Positions 36,530 through 45,668 of a stretch of 64,000 nt of DNA are shown here, one piece after another. Made by a program: the position numbers and the translations under genes. Where the stretch lies: the NCBI GenBank assembly GCA_000092065.1, contig CP000600.1, one strand, 5' to 3'. The stretch's first letter is position 1; each line of letters starts with the position of its first letter. The notes beneath the pieces are model-generated. The model was given only the letters and a program-made list of their open reading frames with translations, ran no database searches and was not told where the DNA came from. Source of the stretch: Ostreococcus lucimarinus. Taxonomy: Eukaryota.

Positions 36530-37792
36530 CTACTGCGGCGCTTCTGGGACCGGCGCCGCGGATTTCCACTCTGGTTTGAGCCCCCACAAACCCATATTCG
36601 GCCCACGTCTCGTCAAAAGCGCGATTTCGCCCAAGTTTGTCTTTAGCCAATCCACCGGTTGCTTCGTCTCGAGGATCAGCTGCTTCAGACTCCAATACGG
36701 TTGTCGCTCGAACAACCCGAAGAGGACATTTTCCAGGGCCTTCTTTTCCATGCGTTCCTTCTTTTCCTTCTTATTTGATGCGGCGTCGGTGAACCGAATC
36801 AAGTTTCTCGCCTTGGGCAGCGGCGCGAAACGCATCTCAGACGAGCTCTGCGTTACTCTCGTCTTAGTCTGTGCCTGAATCATGCGATCTTTACTAACTC
36901 TATGGTAATCGACATCGTCGATCGATGTCGGACGCATGTCTAACTTCAAGTCCACTTTGGCCTCGAGGGTGATGTCCGCCTGCCCGCTCGTCGTCCCCTC
37001 GCGAACGTCGGAAAACACGCGCATCGGCATATCACTCGGCTGATTGGCTAAAATGTACTGCTTCGGCACGCCGTTCGCCTCTTTTCCGGTGAGTTCCATG
37101 ATCGCGTGCGTCATGTGCTTGGTTTTGTCCTCCTGGAACGGGTCGACGAAGACGCGAACTGTGCCGATGGCGGGCTCGTCCTCCTCCTTGGTGTCCGTAT
37201 CCATGTCATCATCATCCGCCATCGCCTGCTTACTCGCCGCCGCGGCTTCGTGGAACACTCGCGAAACAAATTTCGGCACCTTGACTAACCACGCGTTGCG
37301 ATCGCCCCGCGTGGTGTCGAGCGCGGTGGGCCACAAATACGCCTTGAGCGCGTCGACGACGGCTTCTGGAATGTCCGCCTCCTTAATCCCGAGAATCTTG
37401 CACGCCTGGTGTCGCCAGTGCGCGCGATACATCGACGGTGGACCATCCTTTCTCCACACTGGATCGTCATACTTCTCCGCACCCGCCCTGTGATGGATGA
37501 AACGCGCGCGTCGCTCGGTCAGTCGGCCCGTTCGCCCGGCGAGATCGACTCAAAACTTCCCCATCATCGCCCTCAACCTCCCTCCCGCCGCGCGTCGCGA
37601 CCGCGCACTGCGCGCACACGTACCCTAATCGCTCGTGATTCAACAATCCGAGCACCTGTTTCACCTTCCCCGCCGCCGTTCGCTTCTTCGTCAACCAATC
37701 CTTGATCGCCTGTTGCAACTCCTCCGAGTTCGCCGGCAACTCCTCGTCCTGCGTTCGCCATCGCGGCATCGCGCGCGCGTCGTCAGTCACCA

Positions 37793-37824
<32 letters not shown>

Positions 37825-37970
37825 CCTCGCGTCCCGCGCGTCGTCCGTCTCGTCCCCGCGCGCGTTCGCCTCCGCCCATCCATCCGTCGTCGTCGTTTCC
37901 TCGTCGTTTCCTCCCCCCCCCGCGCCGTCGCCGACGTCCTCGCGCGCGCGCGTCGCACCTCTTCGCTCAT
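36530..37970 (-). CDS. GTF2F2: transcription initiation factor TFIIF beta subunit (RAP30) with N-terminal extension (3 exons: 37970..37959, 37748..37624, 37487..36530)
   Basis: Core landmarks are NAWLVKVPKFVSRVF and the C-terminal winged helix LFGLFERQPYWSLKQLILETKQPVDWLKTNLGEIALLTRRGPNMGLWGLKPEWK. The TFIIF frame stays open with coding-like sequence up to a CACAG acceptor at 37488. It joins in phase to an upstream exon ending ...LLNHERL(G) at AGG|GTACGT. A 12-nt first exon ATGAGCGAAGAG|GTGCGA is proposed. The conservative single-exon start is the ATG at 37432. Confidence 0.8.
37488..37623 (-). other. spliceosomal intron 2 (136 nt) of TFIIF-beta
   Basis: GTACGT donor, ccgACTGACcga branch box about 28 nt upstream of the CATCACAG acceptor. 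The 2 nt + 1 nt phase restores the TFIIF frame. Confidence 0.65.
37749..37958 (-). other. proposed intron 1 (210 nt) of TFIIF-beta, containing a (GAC)10 repeat
   Basis: GTGCGA donor directly after MSEE, gtgACTGACgac branch box 31 nt upstream of the AACGCAG acceptor, phase 0/0. The alternative is no intron and a start at the ATG at 37793. Confidence 0.45.
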
Positions 37971-38288
37971 CCTCGCGCCTCCGCGCCGTCGCGCGCCCGT
38001 CGTCGTGTGCGGCGGCGTCCCGCGCGCGCGCGACGTCGCCGCGCCGAAATCCTCGCCTCGGCGCCCGCCGCCGACGTCGTCGCTGTGTACCCATACACCC
38101 GTACCCTTGAGTCGTGAACCGTCGACAAAAAGCACGGTCGCGCATCCATCGATCGCGTCGATCGCTCGCGCGCGCGCGACCCGCGCGGCGTCGATCGCTC
38201 GCGCGCGCCCGACCTCGCGACGCGGGTCGACGACGATCGCGCGTCGCGATCCGACGAACCGGGCACCCTCGACCGCACCGCGCGACCG

Positions 38289-39344
38289 ATGGATCGACAC
38301 GCGTTCTTCGCCGCGCAGGCGTGGTTGACGGCGACGACGACGCGCGCGCGCGACGGCGCGCGTGCGAGCGACGACGGCGACGGCGACGACGGCGCGACGC
38401 GCGAGCGCGAGGAGATATACGCCGGGACGTGCTCGTTTTCGTGCGCGGACGAGGAGCAGTACGAGACGCGGGCGATCGCGACGATGGACGGCGACGACGC
38501 GGCGGACGACGGGGAGGACGACGCGGCGGACGACGGGGAGGAGGACGCGGCGGAGAATGGAAGAGGGCGACGGCGCGCGCGGCCGCGCGGCGCGCTGGCG
38601 AGAGATGCGCAGCACTTGACGTTCGGGACGACGGCGACGCTGCGCGACCCGGCGAGCGTTCGAGTGTCGTTCGCGGCGGTGAAAACGACGTTCGGAGCGA
38701 GCTCGGGAACGGGGTCGGGATCGACGAGCGTGGGGGATGCGACGACGGCGAACGCGCGCGCGCGAATTGAGCTCGAGTGTGAGCTCGACGGTCAGACGTA
38801 CAGGATGTCGACGCGAACGTGCCGCGCCGTCGTGAAATCGTTCAAGGAGACGGCGCGATCGGGGCACACCGAGGCTTTTCCGCGGTATTTGAGCGTCATT
38901 TTCCCTCACGTCACCATGAACGTATACTCTGCCGCGGAATCCGACGCTTCGTGGGACGGTTTGCGCGCGCTCGCGCGCGCTTTGACGGACCCCGCGCTCG
39001 CGACGACGAAGACGACGACGACGACGAGCGAAAACTACGACGACGGACACGACACCGACCCCGACGGAAACGATCCGAGTCCAGTGGGCGTGGGGAAGCC
39101 GAATCCTCTTCCACGTTCGATCGGGAACGAGATCGATCTCGAGACTGTCGCGCTCGCGGACGCCGACGCCTTTGCCGCGCAGCGTTTCGCCGCCGACGCT
39201 CTCTGCGACGCCGCTCGGCTCCTCGTCGCCGACGGCGATCCGTGGCGAACGCTTTCGCACGACTTGCTCGCTCACGGCGTGCGCGACGTTTTCGCGGACG
39301 ATCCATCCGCGTACGCCGGGCGCGCTTTTCCAGGCGACAAGTAA
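38289..39344 (+). CDS. hypothetical protein (351 aa)
   Basis: ATG ORF with non-repetitive, mixed amino-acid composition in its C-terminal two thirds (ELECELDGQTYRMSTRTCRAVVKSFKETARSGHTEAFPRYLSVIFPHVTMNVYSAAE...). The opposite-strand 629-aa ORF is Arg-rich and codon-aligned antisense. No family recognised. Confidence 0.5.
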   Translation: MDRHAFFAAQAWLTATTTRARDGARASDDGDGDDGATREREEIYAGTCSFSCADEEQYETRAIATMDGDDAADDGEDDAADDGEEDAAENGRGRRRARPRGALARDAQHLTFGTTATLRDPASVRVSFAAVKTTFGASSGTGSGSTSVGDATTANARARIELECELDGQTYRMSTRTCRAVVKSFKETARSGHTEAFPRYLSVIFPHVTMNVYSAAESDASWDGLRALARALTDPALATTKTTTTTSENYDDGHDTDPDGNDPSPVGVGKPNPLPRSIGNEIDLETVALADADAFAAQRFAADALCDAARLLVADGDPWRTLSHDLLAHGVRDVFADDPSAYAGRAFPGDK

Positions 39345-39376
39345 AAGCGTGGACATCCAACCGGGCGATGCGAATC

Positions 39377-39394
39377 GTCGTATGCGTAAACAGT
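39377..39394. repeat. third copy of intergenic motif GTCGTATGCGTAAACAGT
   Basis: Exact 18-mer match to 13496..13513, flanked by direct ATGCGAATCG repeats (39368..39377 and 39402..39411). It lies 33 bp after the stop of the 38289 gene and 310 bp upstream of the KH-protein ATG. Confidence 0.9.
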
Positions 39395-39703
39395 ATGCTC
39401 ATGCGAATCGACAGGGGAGGGCGCCAGCGTGGTTGTCGCGAGGCGCGCCCGCGCCCGTACACCGAGTCGTGCGCTTTCGTCCTGTCGGCGATCGCGCGCG
39501 CGCGGCGCCGAGCGCTCGATCGCGAACGTTCATCCGTAAACGTCTCGATCGCACGCGCGCGCGTCGCGGACGGACGCGTCGTCGCGCGAGCCAGGCGACG
39601 CGCAAAGATCGACGCTCACGCGTTTTCACCCTTCGCGCGTCGTTCACGCGTTTTCCGCGCTTGACGACGCCGCGCGCATCGCACGCGCGCGCATCGACGC
39701 GAA

Positions 39704-40801
39704 ATGAGCGGTGATGGTTTTTTTACGTTCACCGACGCCGATCCGAGCCAGTGGCTGCCCAAAGGGATCGTGGACGAGCGCGAGGAACACGATGCGGGGG
39801 CGTACGCGTCGTTCGCGCTCCCGCAAGGCTCGGCGAGCAGGAGCGCGAGCGACGACAATTCTAGAGGCTCGTTCGATTCGTTTGGGGTGAAATCAAAAGT
39901 GCTCGGGAGCGTGTTGTACGATGATGAAGGATTGATTCCGCTGGGGCTCGGTGGACACGCGTACGTGGACAAGTCGACGTCGCCGAAGAGCACGGCGTCG
40001 CCGACGGCGGCGTTCGTGGCGGATGCGGAGTTCGGCGCGGCGGCGGCGAGTGGATCGAGATTACGTGGGCCTTCTGGTCCTCGACGCGCTGGTCAAGGAG
40101 TCGAGGAAGAAGAACAGCAAGTGGCATCCATAGAGGTCATGGCGAACGGTGGTTTGCGACTGCGCGTGACGCTGCTCGCGGCGGGATTCGTCATCGGCGC
40201 CAGCGGAGCGTCGATTCGAGAAATTATGCGTCACACCGGTTCGACGATTCAGTCTTGGACGCAGCAACCCGAAATGGGGGTATATCATCGTCCATGCCGC
40301 GTTTTCTGCATCCAAGGCTTGCCCGAATCCGTCATGGCGGCCTCGAATATCATCCACGAAGCCGTCGAGCGATACAAGGAGTTGTGCGAAGGGAAGCGCC
40401 GCGGAGAGTTTGTGCAGCGATTGCAGTACATTCGCGGCGTTGAATTCTCGTACCAACCGCCTCCGAAAAATGCTGTACCAAATGCTGCCTCCGTGAATGG
40501 CGCCACTCGTCAAGGTACGAATCCACTCCTGATGCCGAGGCAACCGACGAATGCGGCGAATGAAACCATGCGCCTCCTCGCCGCCGCGCAGGCGCAGCGA
40601 GCCGCTATGCAACATTACCAAAACCTTGCGACACAATCCTACGCCGCGGGGTTAGCCGCCGGTGCTAAGATGGGTCATGTTCCGGCGATATCGGCGATGT
40701 CGGCGATGCCAGACTCTGAGAATCCTTTTGCCGCCGCTCAAATGCCGAACCCAAGTGATTTTTTCACCGCGTTCAGCGCGCAAACTCGCCCGAATGTTTG
40801 A
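39704..40801 (+). CDS. KH-domain RNA-binding protein
   Basis: ATG ORF of 365 aa with a type-I KH core: LRLRVTLLAAGFVIGASGASIREIMRHTGSTIQSW...CRVFCIQGLPESVMAASNIIHEAVERY. Confidence 0.7.
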   Translation: MSGDGFFTFTDADPSQWLPKGIVDEREEHDAGAYASFALPQGSASRSASDDNSRGSFDSFGVKSKVLGSVLYDDEGLIPLGLGGHAYVDKSTSPKSTASPTAAFVADAEFGAAAASGSRLRGPSGPRRAGQGVEEEEQQVASIEVMANGGLRLRVTLLAAGFVIGASGASIREIMRHTGSTIQSWTQQPEMGVYHRPCRVFCIQGLPESVMAASNIIHEAVERYKELCEGKRRGEFVQRLQYIRGVEFSYQPPPKNAVPNAASVNGATRQGTNPLLMPRQPTNAANETMRLLAAAQAQRAAMQHYQNLATQSYAAGLAAGAKMGHVPAISAMSAMPDSENPFAAAQMPNPSDFFTAFSAQTRPNV

Positions 40802-40932
40802 TTGTACTGTCCAAGCGACGAATCTCAAGATTGTTGAACGAAGAGTTGATATTGAAGATATATAGCCAACCTTGGCGAATTCGCATGTAACCATTAGCGC
40901 CTTGAAAACTGATATTTTGTTTCTACAACAGT

Positions 40933-41622
40933 CTACGGCCTCGAAAAACGCAGAGGCTTGTCTCGCAAGTAATAAAGCTTTGCTCTGCGCACTTTCCTAC
41001 GCTCGACGACTTCCATCGCCTTAATATTCGGCGTGAACAGCGGAAACGACCGCTCGACGACGAGATTTCCTATCGCGCTTCGCAAGGTAAAGCTAGATCC
41101 CATCCCTCTGTGCCGCTTGGCGATGCAAATCCCCGTAAACGTCTGCGTGCGCCTGTTATTCTCCGGCACTTCGAGCGTCAACTTCACCACATCTCCCGGT
41201 CGAAACGGTACGATCGCGCGTTCTTTCGCCAACTCCTTCATGTGTTCCCTCTCAAGCGTCTCCATGATGTGTCCACATCGCTTAAAATAGCTCTTCCTTT
41301 TCCGCAGCGCCCGCGTCGGCGTCCACGGCGCCGCGCCGCCGCCCGCTTTCCCCCATCCCTCTTGCGTCGCCCCGGCCTCGAAGCTCGTCATCGGCGCCTC
41401 CATCCCGCGCGCCTCCGGTTTCAGTTTCTTCGTCGCGTTCGATCGATCGTGTTTGATCGCGCTCGCCGTCGACGTCGCGATCGCGCGTCGTCCCGTCGTC
41501 GCGCATCCGCGCGCATCGATCGTCGTCCCCGTCGTCGCGCGTCCCGCCTCGCGCGCGCCGCGCTCGCCCGCGCGCGCGCACCGCTCGAGCGCGCGTCCGA
41601 GCGCGCGCCACGCGAACGTCAT
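40933..41622 (-). CDS. organellar ribosomal protein bL19 with long presequence
   Basis: C-terminal L19 domain: VPFRPGDVVKLTLEVPENNRRTQTFTGICIAKRHRGMGSSFTLRSAIGNLVVERSFPLFTPNIKAMEVV. Confidence 0.9.
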   Translation of the reverse strand: MTFAWRALGRALERCARAGERGAREAGRATTGTTIDARGCATTGRRAIATSTASAIKHDRSNATKKLKPEARGMEAPMTSFEAGATQEGWGKAGGGAAPWTPTRALRKRKSYFKRCGHIMETLEREHMKELAKERAIVPFRPGDVVKLTLEVPENNRRTQTFTGICIAKRHRGMGSSFTLRSAIGNLVVERSFPLFTPNIKAMEVVERRKVRRAKLYYLRDKPLRFSRP

Positions 41623-41736
41623 TTCGCGCCTCGCCGCCGTCCCTCGGCCGCGCCGCGTCCGATCGCGTCGTCGCGCTGTGCCGCCGCCCGAGGGTTACGC
41701 GCGCGACCGCACCGCGCGGCGCGCGTCGCGCTCGGC

Positions 41737-42930
41737 ATGCTGCGCGCGCGGCGCGCGTGCGAGGCGCTGATGCGCGCGACCGCGCGCGCGACGGCGTCGA
41801 CGCCCGAGGCGCGGGCCGGGGCGACGCCGACGCGCGCGGGACGCCGACGCGCGCGAAGGACGGTGACGCGGCGAACGACGACGACGCGCGCGACGGGACG
41901 CGAGGACGCCGATGGGGCGACGAGGAAACGACGCGTGGTGTTTCTCGGGACGCCGGAGTGCGCGAAGGAGGTGCTGGCGCGGGTGCTGGACGCGGCGGAG
42001 GGGAGGGAGAGCGCGTTCGAGGTCGCGGCGGTGGTGTCGCAGCCGGGACGACCGCGAGGGCGAGGAAGGAAGAGCGATGAAGCGGCGCCGAGCCCGGTGG
42101 CGGAGTTGGCGCTGCGGCGAGGGATGGCGGAAGACAGGGTGCTTTGTCCGGAGAAGGCGAACGAGGAGTGGTTTCTGGACGCGCTGCGCGCGCTCGACGT
42201 CGACTTGGCGGTGACGGCGGCGTACGGGAACTTTTTACCGCAGAAATTCTTGGATATTCCGAAATTAGGGACGTTGAACATCCATCCGAGTTTGTTGCCG
42301 CAGTGGCGAGGGGCGGCGCCCGTGCAACGCGCGTTGGAGAGTGGACAGAGCGAGACCGGCGTGTCGGTGGCGTACACCGTGCTCAAAATGGACGCCGGTC
42401 CCGTCCTCAGACAAGTCACTCGACCGCTTAAAGGGGATGAAAAGGCGCCTGATCTCTTGACTGAGCTCTTCGAGACGGGCGTGGGGGCGTTGTTGGAGGA
42501 ATTACCGTCGGTATTTGCCGGCGACGCGGCGGCTCGAGCGGTGCCTCAGAGCGAGGAAACGCTCAGCCACGCCGCGAAAGTGAGCCCAGAGGAGGGTGAA
42601 TTAGACTTCACGAAACAGTCCGCACTGGAGTGTCACAATAAAGTGCGTGCATTTGCGGGTTGGCCCGGAACGAAAGCGACTTTGAAGATTAAGGCAAACG
42701 GGGACGAAGAATCGAAAGAGGTGGTGCTCAAAATCATCACCACTCGTGTCTCTGCCGAGGGAGATGAAAAGGCGGCGAACGGTCAAGTCGAGGTAACGAA
42801 AAAATTACTTCGCGTACCATGTGCAGGGGGCGGTTGGTTAGAGGTGCTCGAGGTTCAGCCCCCCGGAAAGAAAGCGATGCCGGCGAACGCTTTCATCAAC
42901 GGGATCAAAGGCTCAACCGTCTTCATTTAA
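41737..42930 (+). CDS. FMT: methionyl-tRNA formyltransferase with presequence
   Basis: The first ATG in the coding-like part of track ORF 41110..42930 is at 41737. Motifs are RVVFLGTPE, VVSQPGRPRGRGRK, DLAVTAAYGNFLP, LNIHPSLLPQWRGAAPVQRAL and TGVSVAYTVLKMDAGPV, followed by the C-terminal OB-like domain. Confidence 0.9.
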   Translation: MLRARRACEALMRATARATASTPEARAGATPTRAGRRRARRTVTRRTTTTRATGREDADGATRKRRVVFLGTPECAKEVLARVLDAAEGRESAFEVAAVVSQPGRPRGRGRKSDEAAPSPVAELALRRGMAEDRVLCPEKANEEWFLDALRALDVDLAVTAAYGNFLPQKFLDIPKLGTLNIHPSLLPQWRGAAPVQRALESGQSETGVSVAYTVLKMDAGPVLRQVTRPLKGDEKAPDLLTELFETGVGALLEELPSVFAGDAAARAVPQSEETLSHAAKVSPEEGELDFTKQSALECHNKVRAFAGWPGTKATLKIKANGDEESKEVVLKIITTRVSAEGDEKAANGQVEVTKKLLRVPCAGGGWLEVLEVQPPGKKAMPANAFINGIKGSTVFI

Positions 42931-42972
42931 TCTCTAGCTCATTATCATAGCACAGCAGCTAAAGCTAAAACG

Positions 42973-43896
42973 CTAAAAGTCGTCATCGTCGTAATCACCA
43001 TCCGAATCATCCGCCCTTCGCATCGACTCGCCCGGACGTAACGCCCGTATGTGCTTGTGCGGGTACGTCCGACCGCACGTCTCGCATGGTTTATTCACTC
43101 CAAATAACTCCTCATCGCTAGCATCATCGTTCTCTTCGTCCGATGATGCATCGCTATCGACGTTTGTGACGGTTTTTTCAGCGAACGGATGTCCAGGAAG
43201 CGCGTCGTGCTTCGCCAACCATCGCGTCACGCGTTCTTCTTCAAAGTTTTCCGCGCCACCGAAGTCGTCGAGCGCGCACGTCGTAAACGTCAATCGCCCG
43301 CGCCTAAATATCAGCATCGCCGGAAGCGCGCTGATACGATGTTGTCGCATCAACGCCGAGTCGTGACTTGGCCTTATGCGCACGAACTTCGTTTTAGCGA
43401 ACACGGGCGCCAAGTCATCGCACACCTCGTCGATGCGAGCGCACTGCTCCGCGCCCTCCAACACCAGGTGCGCCACCACCCTCGAGCTCGCCCGCACGGT
43501 CTCCCCCAGCGCACTCTCTTTTATTTCCACGTATCTCGCTCTTCGTGCCTCCGCCGCGGCGATCGCCGCCGCGCCTTTAAGCTCTCGTAAGCGCGCCTCT
43601 TGAATCTCTCGCAGCGCCTCGTCGTCGTCGTCGTCACCGTCTGATCTCGCCCAATCTTCGTCGTCCGCGTCTTCTTCGCCGCATTCCCCGACCACGCCTT
43701 CCGCGATTCGCATCCTCGCCGTCGAGCGATCGACTTCGCGCAGCTCGCCGAGCATGCGCGCCGCTTCTTTTTGTTTCTTCACGTCCTCCTCGCAGCATCC
43801 ACCTGGCCGAGGAATGTGCGCGCCCGCCTCCCCCATGGCGTCCAGTTCATCGTCCACCCACGTGCGACACGCGCCGGCTTGACAGTCCACGCCCAT
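42973..43896 (-). CDS. phosducin-like / TXNDC9-type thioredoxin-fold protein with C-terminal Cys-x2-Cys...H-x-H element
   Basis: RLRELKGAAA... then YVEIKESALGETVRASSRVVAHLVLEGAEQCARIDEVCDDLAPVFAKTKFVRI...ISALPAMLIFRRGRL, which follows the PhLP3/TXNDC9 pattern. The tail is acidic and contains CETCGRTYPHKH. Confidence 0.65.
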   Translation of the reverse strand: MGVDCQAGACRTWVDDELDAMGEAGAHIPRPGGCCEEDVKKQKEAARMLGELREVDRSTARMRIAEGVVGECGEEDADDEDWARSDGDDDDDEALREIQEARLRELKGAAAIAAAEARRARYVEIKESALGETVRASSRVVAHLVLEGAEQCARIDEVCDDLAPVFAKTKFVRIRPSHDSALMRQHRISALPAMLIFRRGRLTFTTCALDDFGGAENFEEERVTRWLAKHDALPGHPFAEKTVTNVDSDASSDEENDDASDEELFGVNKPCETCGRTYPHKHIRALRPGESMRRADDSDGDYDDDDF

Positions 43897-44008
43897 GAGG
43901 TCGCCGAGCGCGTCGTCCGAGCGCGCGCGCGCGTGTGACGACGGGCCGATGATGCCGCGTAAACCCTAGGTCGGGCCGCCCGCGCGGCTCGGCAGAGCGC
44001 GAAGCGCG

Positions 44009-45196
44009 ATGCTCGTCCGACGCCCGCGCCGAACGGCGCGCGCGAGTGCGATCGAAAATGTGTTTCGAGCGCGATGCGCGCGGTTCGCGGACGCGGCGCG
44101 CGGTGGCGAGGCGAGCACGAGCGGAAAGATGCCAGAGAAAGATGGTGTCGTCGACGTCGAGGGAGCGAAAGCGAGAGCTCGCGCGCGCGCTGAGATGCTC
44201 AAAGATGAGGAGTTGGCGTCGAAAGTGCGAGCGATGATGGTTTTTGATCGAGACGTCGTGCGCGCGCACAGAGATCGAGCGGCGTACTTGCAGAATGAGG
44301 CGCTGAAACGCAGGCCCGAGCGCGCGCCGGATGGGTTGTTGGACGAGCTCGCGAGGCGTTTGTTGGATCGGTTGTTCGATATCAAACGCGGATTTAAGCG
44401 CGTGGTCGTGCTTGGTGGTGCGAGCGAAGCGATCACGCGCAGATTATTAGCGGAAAGGGACGATGTGGAGAAGATTGTCGTCGTGGATTTGTCTCAAGAT
44501 ATGCTCAATTTCGTCGAGCGGCGCATCGGAGCCGAGCCAAGACGGCGAGACGGAGCGCCTGTGGAGGTATTGTACGTGCAAGGAGACGAAGAGAATTTGC
44601 CCATTCAAGAAAATTCGGTAGATGCCGTGATTAGTTGCTTAGGATTGCACTGGGTGAACGATTTACCCGGCGCCATGTCGCGCGCGGCGGCGGCGCTCGT
44701 TCCGGATGGTCTCTTCTTGTCGTGTATTTTTGGTGGTAACACTTTACAGGAGCTTCGTGTGGCGTGCGCGCTCGCCGAGACCGAGCATGAGGGTGGTGTT
44801 AGCCCTCGAGTCTCGCCTTTAGCGCACGTGCGCGATTGTGGGAGCTTGCTCGGTCGAGCCAACCTCACGCTTCCCGCCGTCGACGTCGACATCGTCACCG
44901 TCGGCTACGCCTCTCCCGACGAGCTCGTCGAGCATTTGCGCGCCATGGCCGAGACCAACTCTGGGTTAATGCGTCGTCATCTTCTCCCTCGCGCCACCGC
45001 GCGCGCGGCGAGCGCGATGTATTCCCAAAAGTTCCCCGCCCCCGACGCCCCCGACCCCGGCGCCGTCGAAGCCACGTTTGAGATCCTGTACATGACCGGC
45101 TGGCGTCCTCATTCGAGTCAGCAGACGGCCAAGCAGCGCGGCACCGCCACGGTGTCTCTGAGCGACTTGCAAAAGCACCTCGACGGCGACGCGTGA
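44009..45196 (+). CDS. NDUFAF5: SAM-dependent methyltransferase, NDUFAF5-like (complex I assembly factor type)
   Basis: MVFDRDVVRAHRDRAA, VVVLGGASEAITRRL, ENSVDAVISCLGLHWVNDLPGAM, LVPDGLFLSCIFGGNTLQELRVA, HEGGVSPRVSPL and the C-terminal FEILYMTGWRP. Confidence 0.75.
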   Translation: MLVRRPRRTARASAIENVFRARCARFADAARGGEASTSGKMPEKDGVVDVEGAKARARARAEMLKDEELASKVRAMMVFDRDVVRAHRDRAAYLQNEALKRRPERAPDGLLDELARRLLDRLFDIKRGFKRVVVLGGASEAITRRLLAERDDVEKIVVVDLSQDMLNFVERRIGAEPRRRDGAPVEVLYVQGDEENLPIQENSVDAVISCLGLHWVNDLPGAMSRAAAALVPDGLFLSCIFGGNTLQELRVACALAETEHEGGVSPRVSPLAHVRDCGSLLGRANLTLPAVDVDIVTVGYASPDELVEHLRAMAETNSGLMRRHLLPRATARAASAMYSQKFPAPDAPDPGAVEATFEILYMTGWRPHSSQQTAKQRGTATVSLSDLQKHLDGDA

Positions 45197-45223
45197 CGCT
45201 CGACGCAAGCCGCGCCGCCGCGA

Positions 45224-45375
45224 CGGAGCGCGCCTTGTAACGCGTACGAGCAAACAGTCAGCCCAACCCGATGTGAAGTTTTATGATTCACGAAAAAGTC
45301 GGACAAAAGATTCGTTCCCGCGCATTTTCGGAGCGCGCCTTGTAACGCGTACGAGCAAACAGTCAGCCCAACCCG
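45224..45375. repeat. tandem duplication: 47-bp unit CGGAGCGCGCCTTGTAACGCGTACGAGCAAACAGTCAGCCCAACCCG at 45224..45270 and 45329..45375 (105-bp period)
   Basis: Exact 47-bp direct repeat separated by an AT-richer 58-bp spacer. It lies in the spacer between the NDUFAF5-like stop and the bHLH start, and contains TGTAA, ACGCGT and a CAAACAGTCAG element. Confidence 0.95.
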
Positions 45376-45668
45376 CCGCGACGCCATCTCGATCGAAATC
45401 CGACGCGGTCCGACCGACCGCGGCGGTCGGATCGGCGGCGCGGGTGCCGCGCGCGCGGCCGGCTCGTCCGCACACGACGACGGTCGTCGCGATCCGCGAG
45501 CGCACGAACGCGTCGAACGACGGACGACCGCGCACGTCAACGTCTCTCTCGCGCGCGCGGTGCACCGCGCGCGCGCGCCGACGAACGCGCGTCGACGGAC
45601 GTCGATCGCGAGACGTTGGAAACCCTCGCGATCAGAGGACGACGAGCGCGATCGGCGACGCGCGCGCG

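Noticed and set aside
38150-38220. Direct repeat CGTCGATCGCTCGCGCGCGC (x2, about 41 bp apart) in the TFIIF-beta / 38289 divergent spacer
   Set aside because: It is short, low-complexity and rich in CG dinucleotides, within a hyper-GC spacer where such near-repeats are common. It is not distinctive enough to call a regulatory element.
37971-39356. Upper part of the 629-aa minus-strand ORF 37467..39356, including a stretch (VLFVDGSRLKGTGVWVHSDD) that briefly looked RNase-H-like
   Set aside because: It has no Met for more than 300 codons and its composition is Arg-dominated. Above 38289 it is codon-aligned antisense to a better + strand ORF. Only short segments of this frame are used, as TFIIF-beta exons 1 and 2. 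The RNase-H resemblance is a 20-residue coincidence without the catalytic DEDD context.
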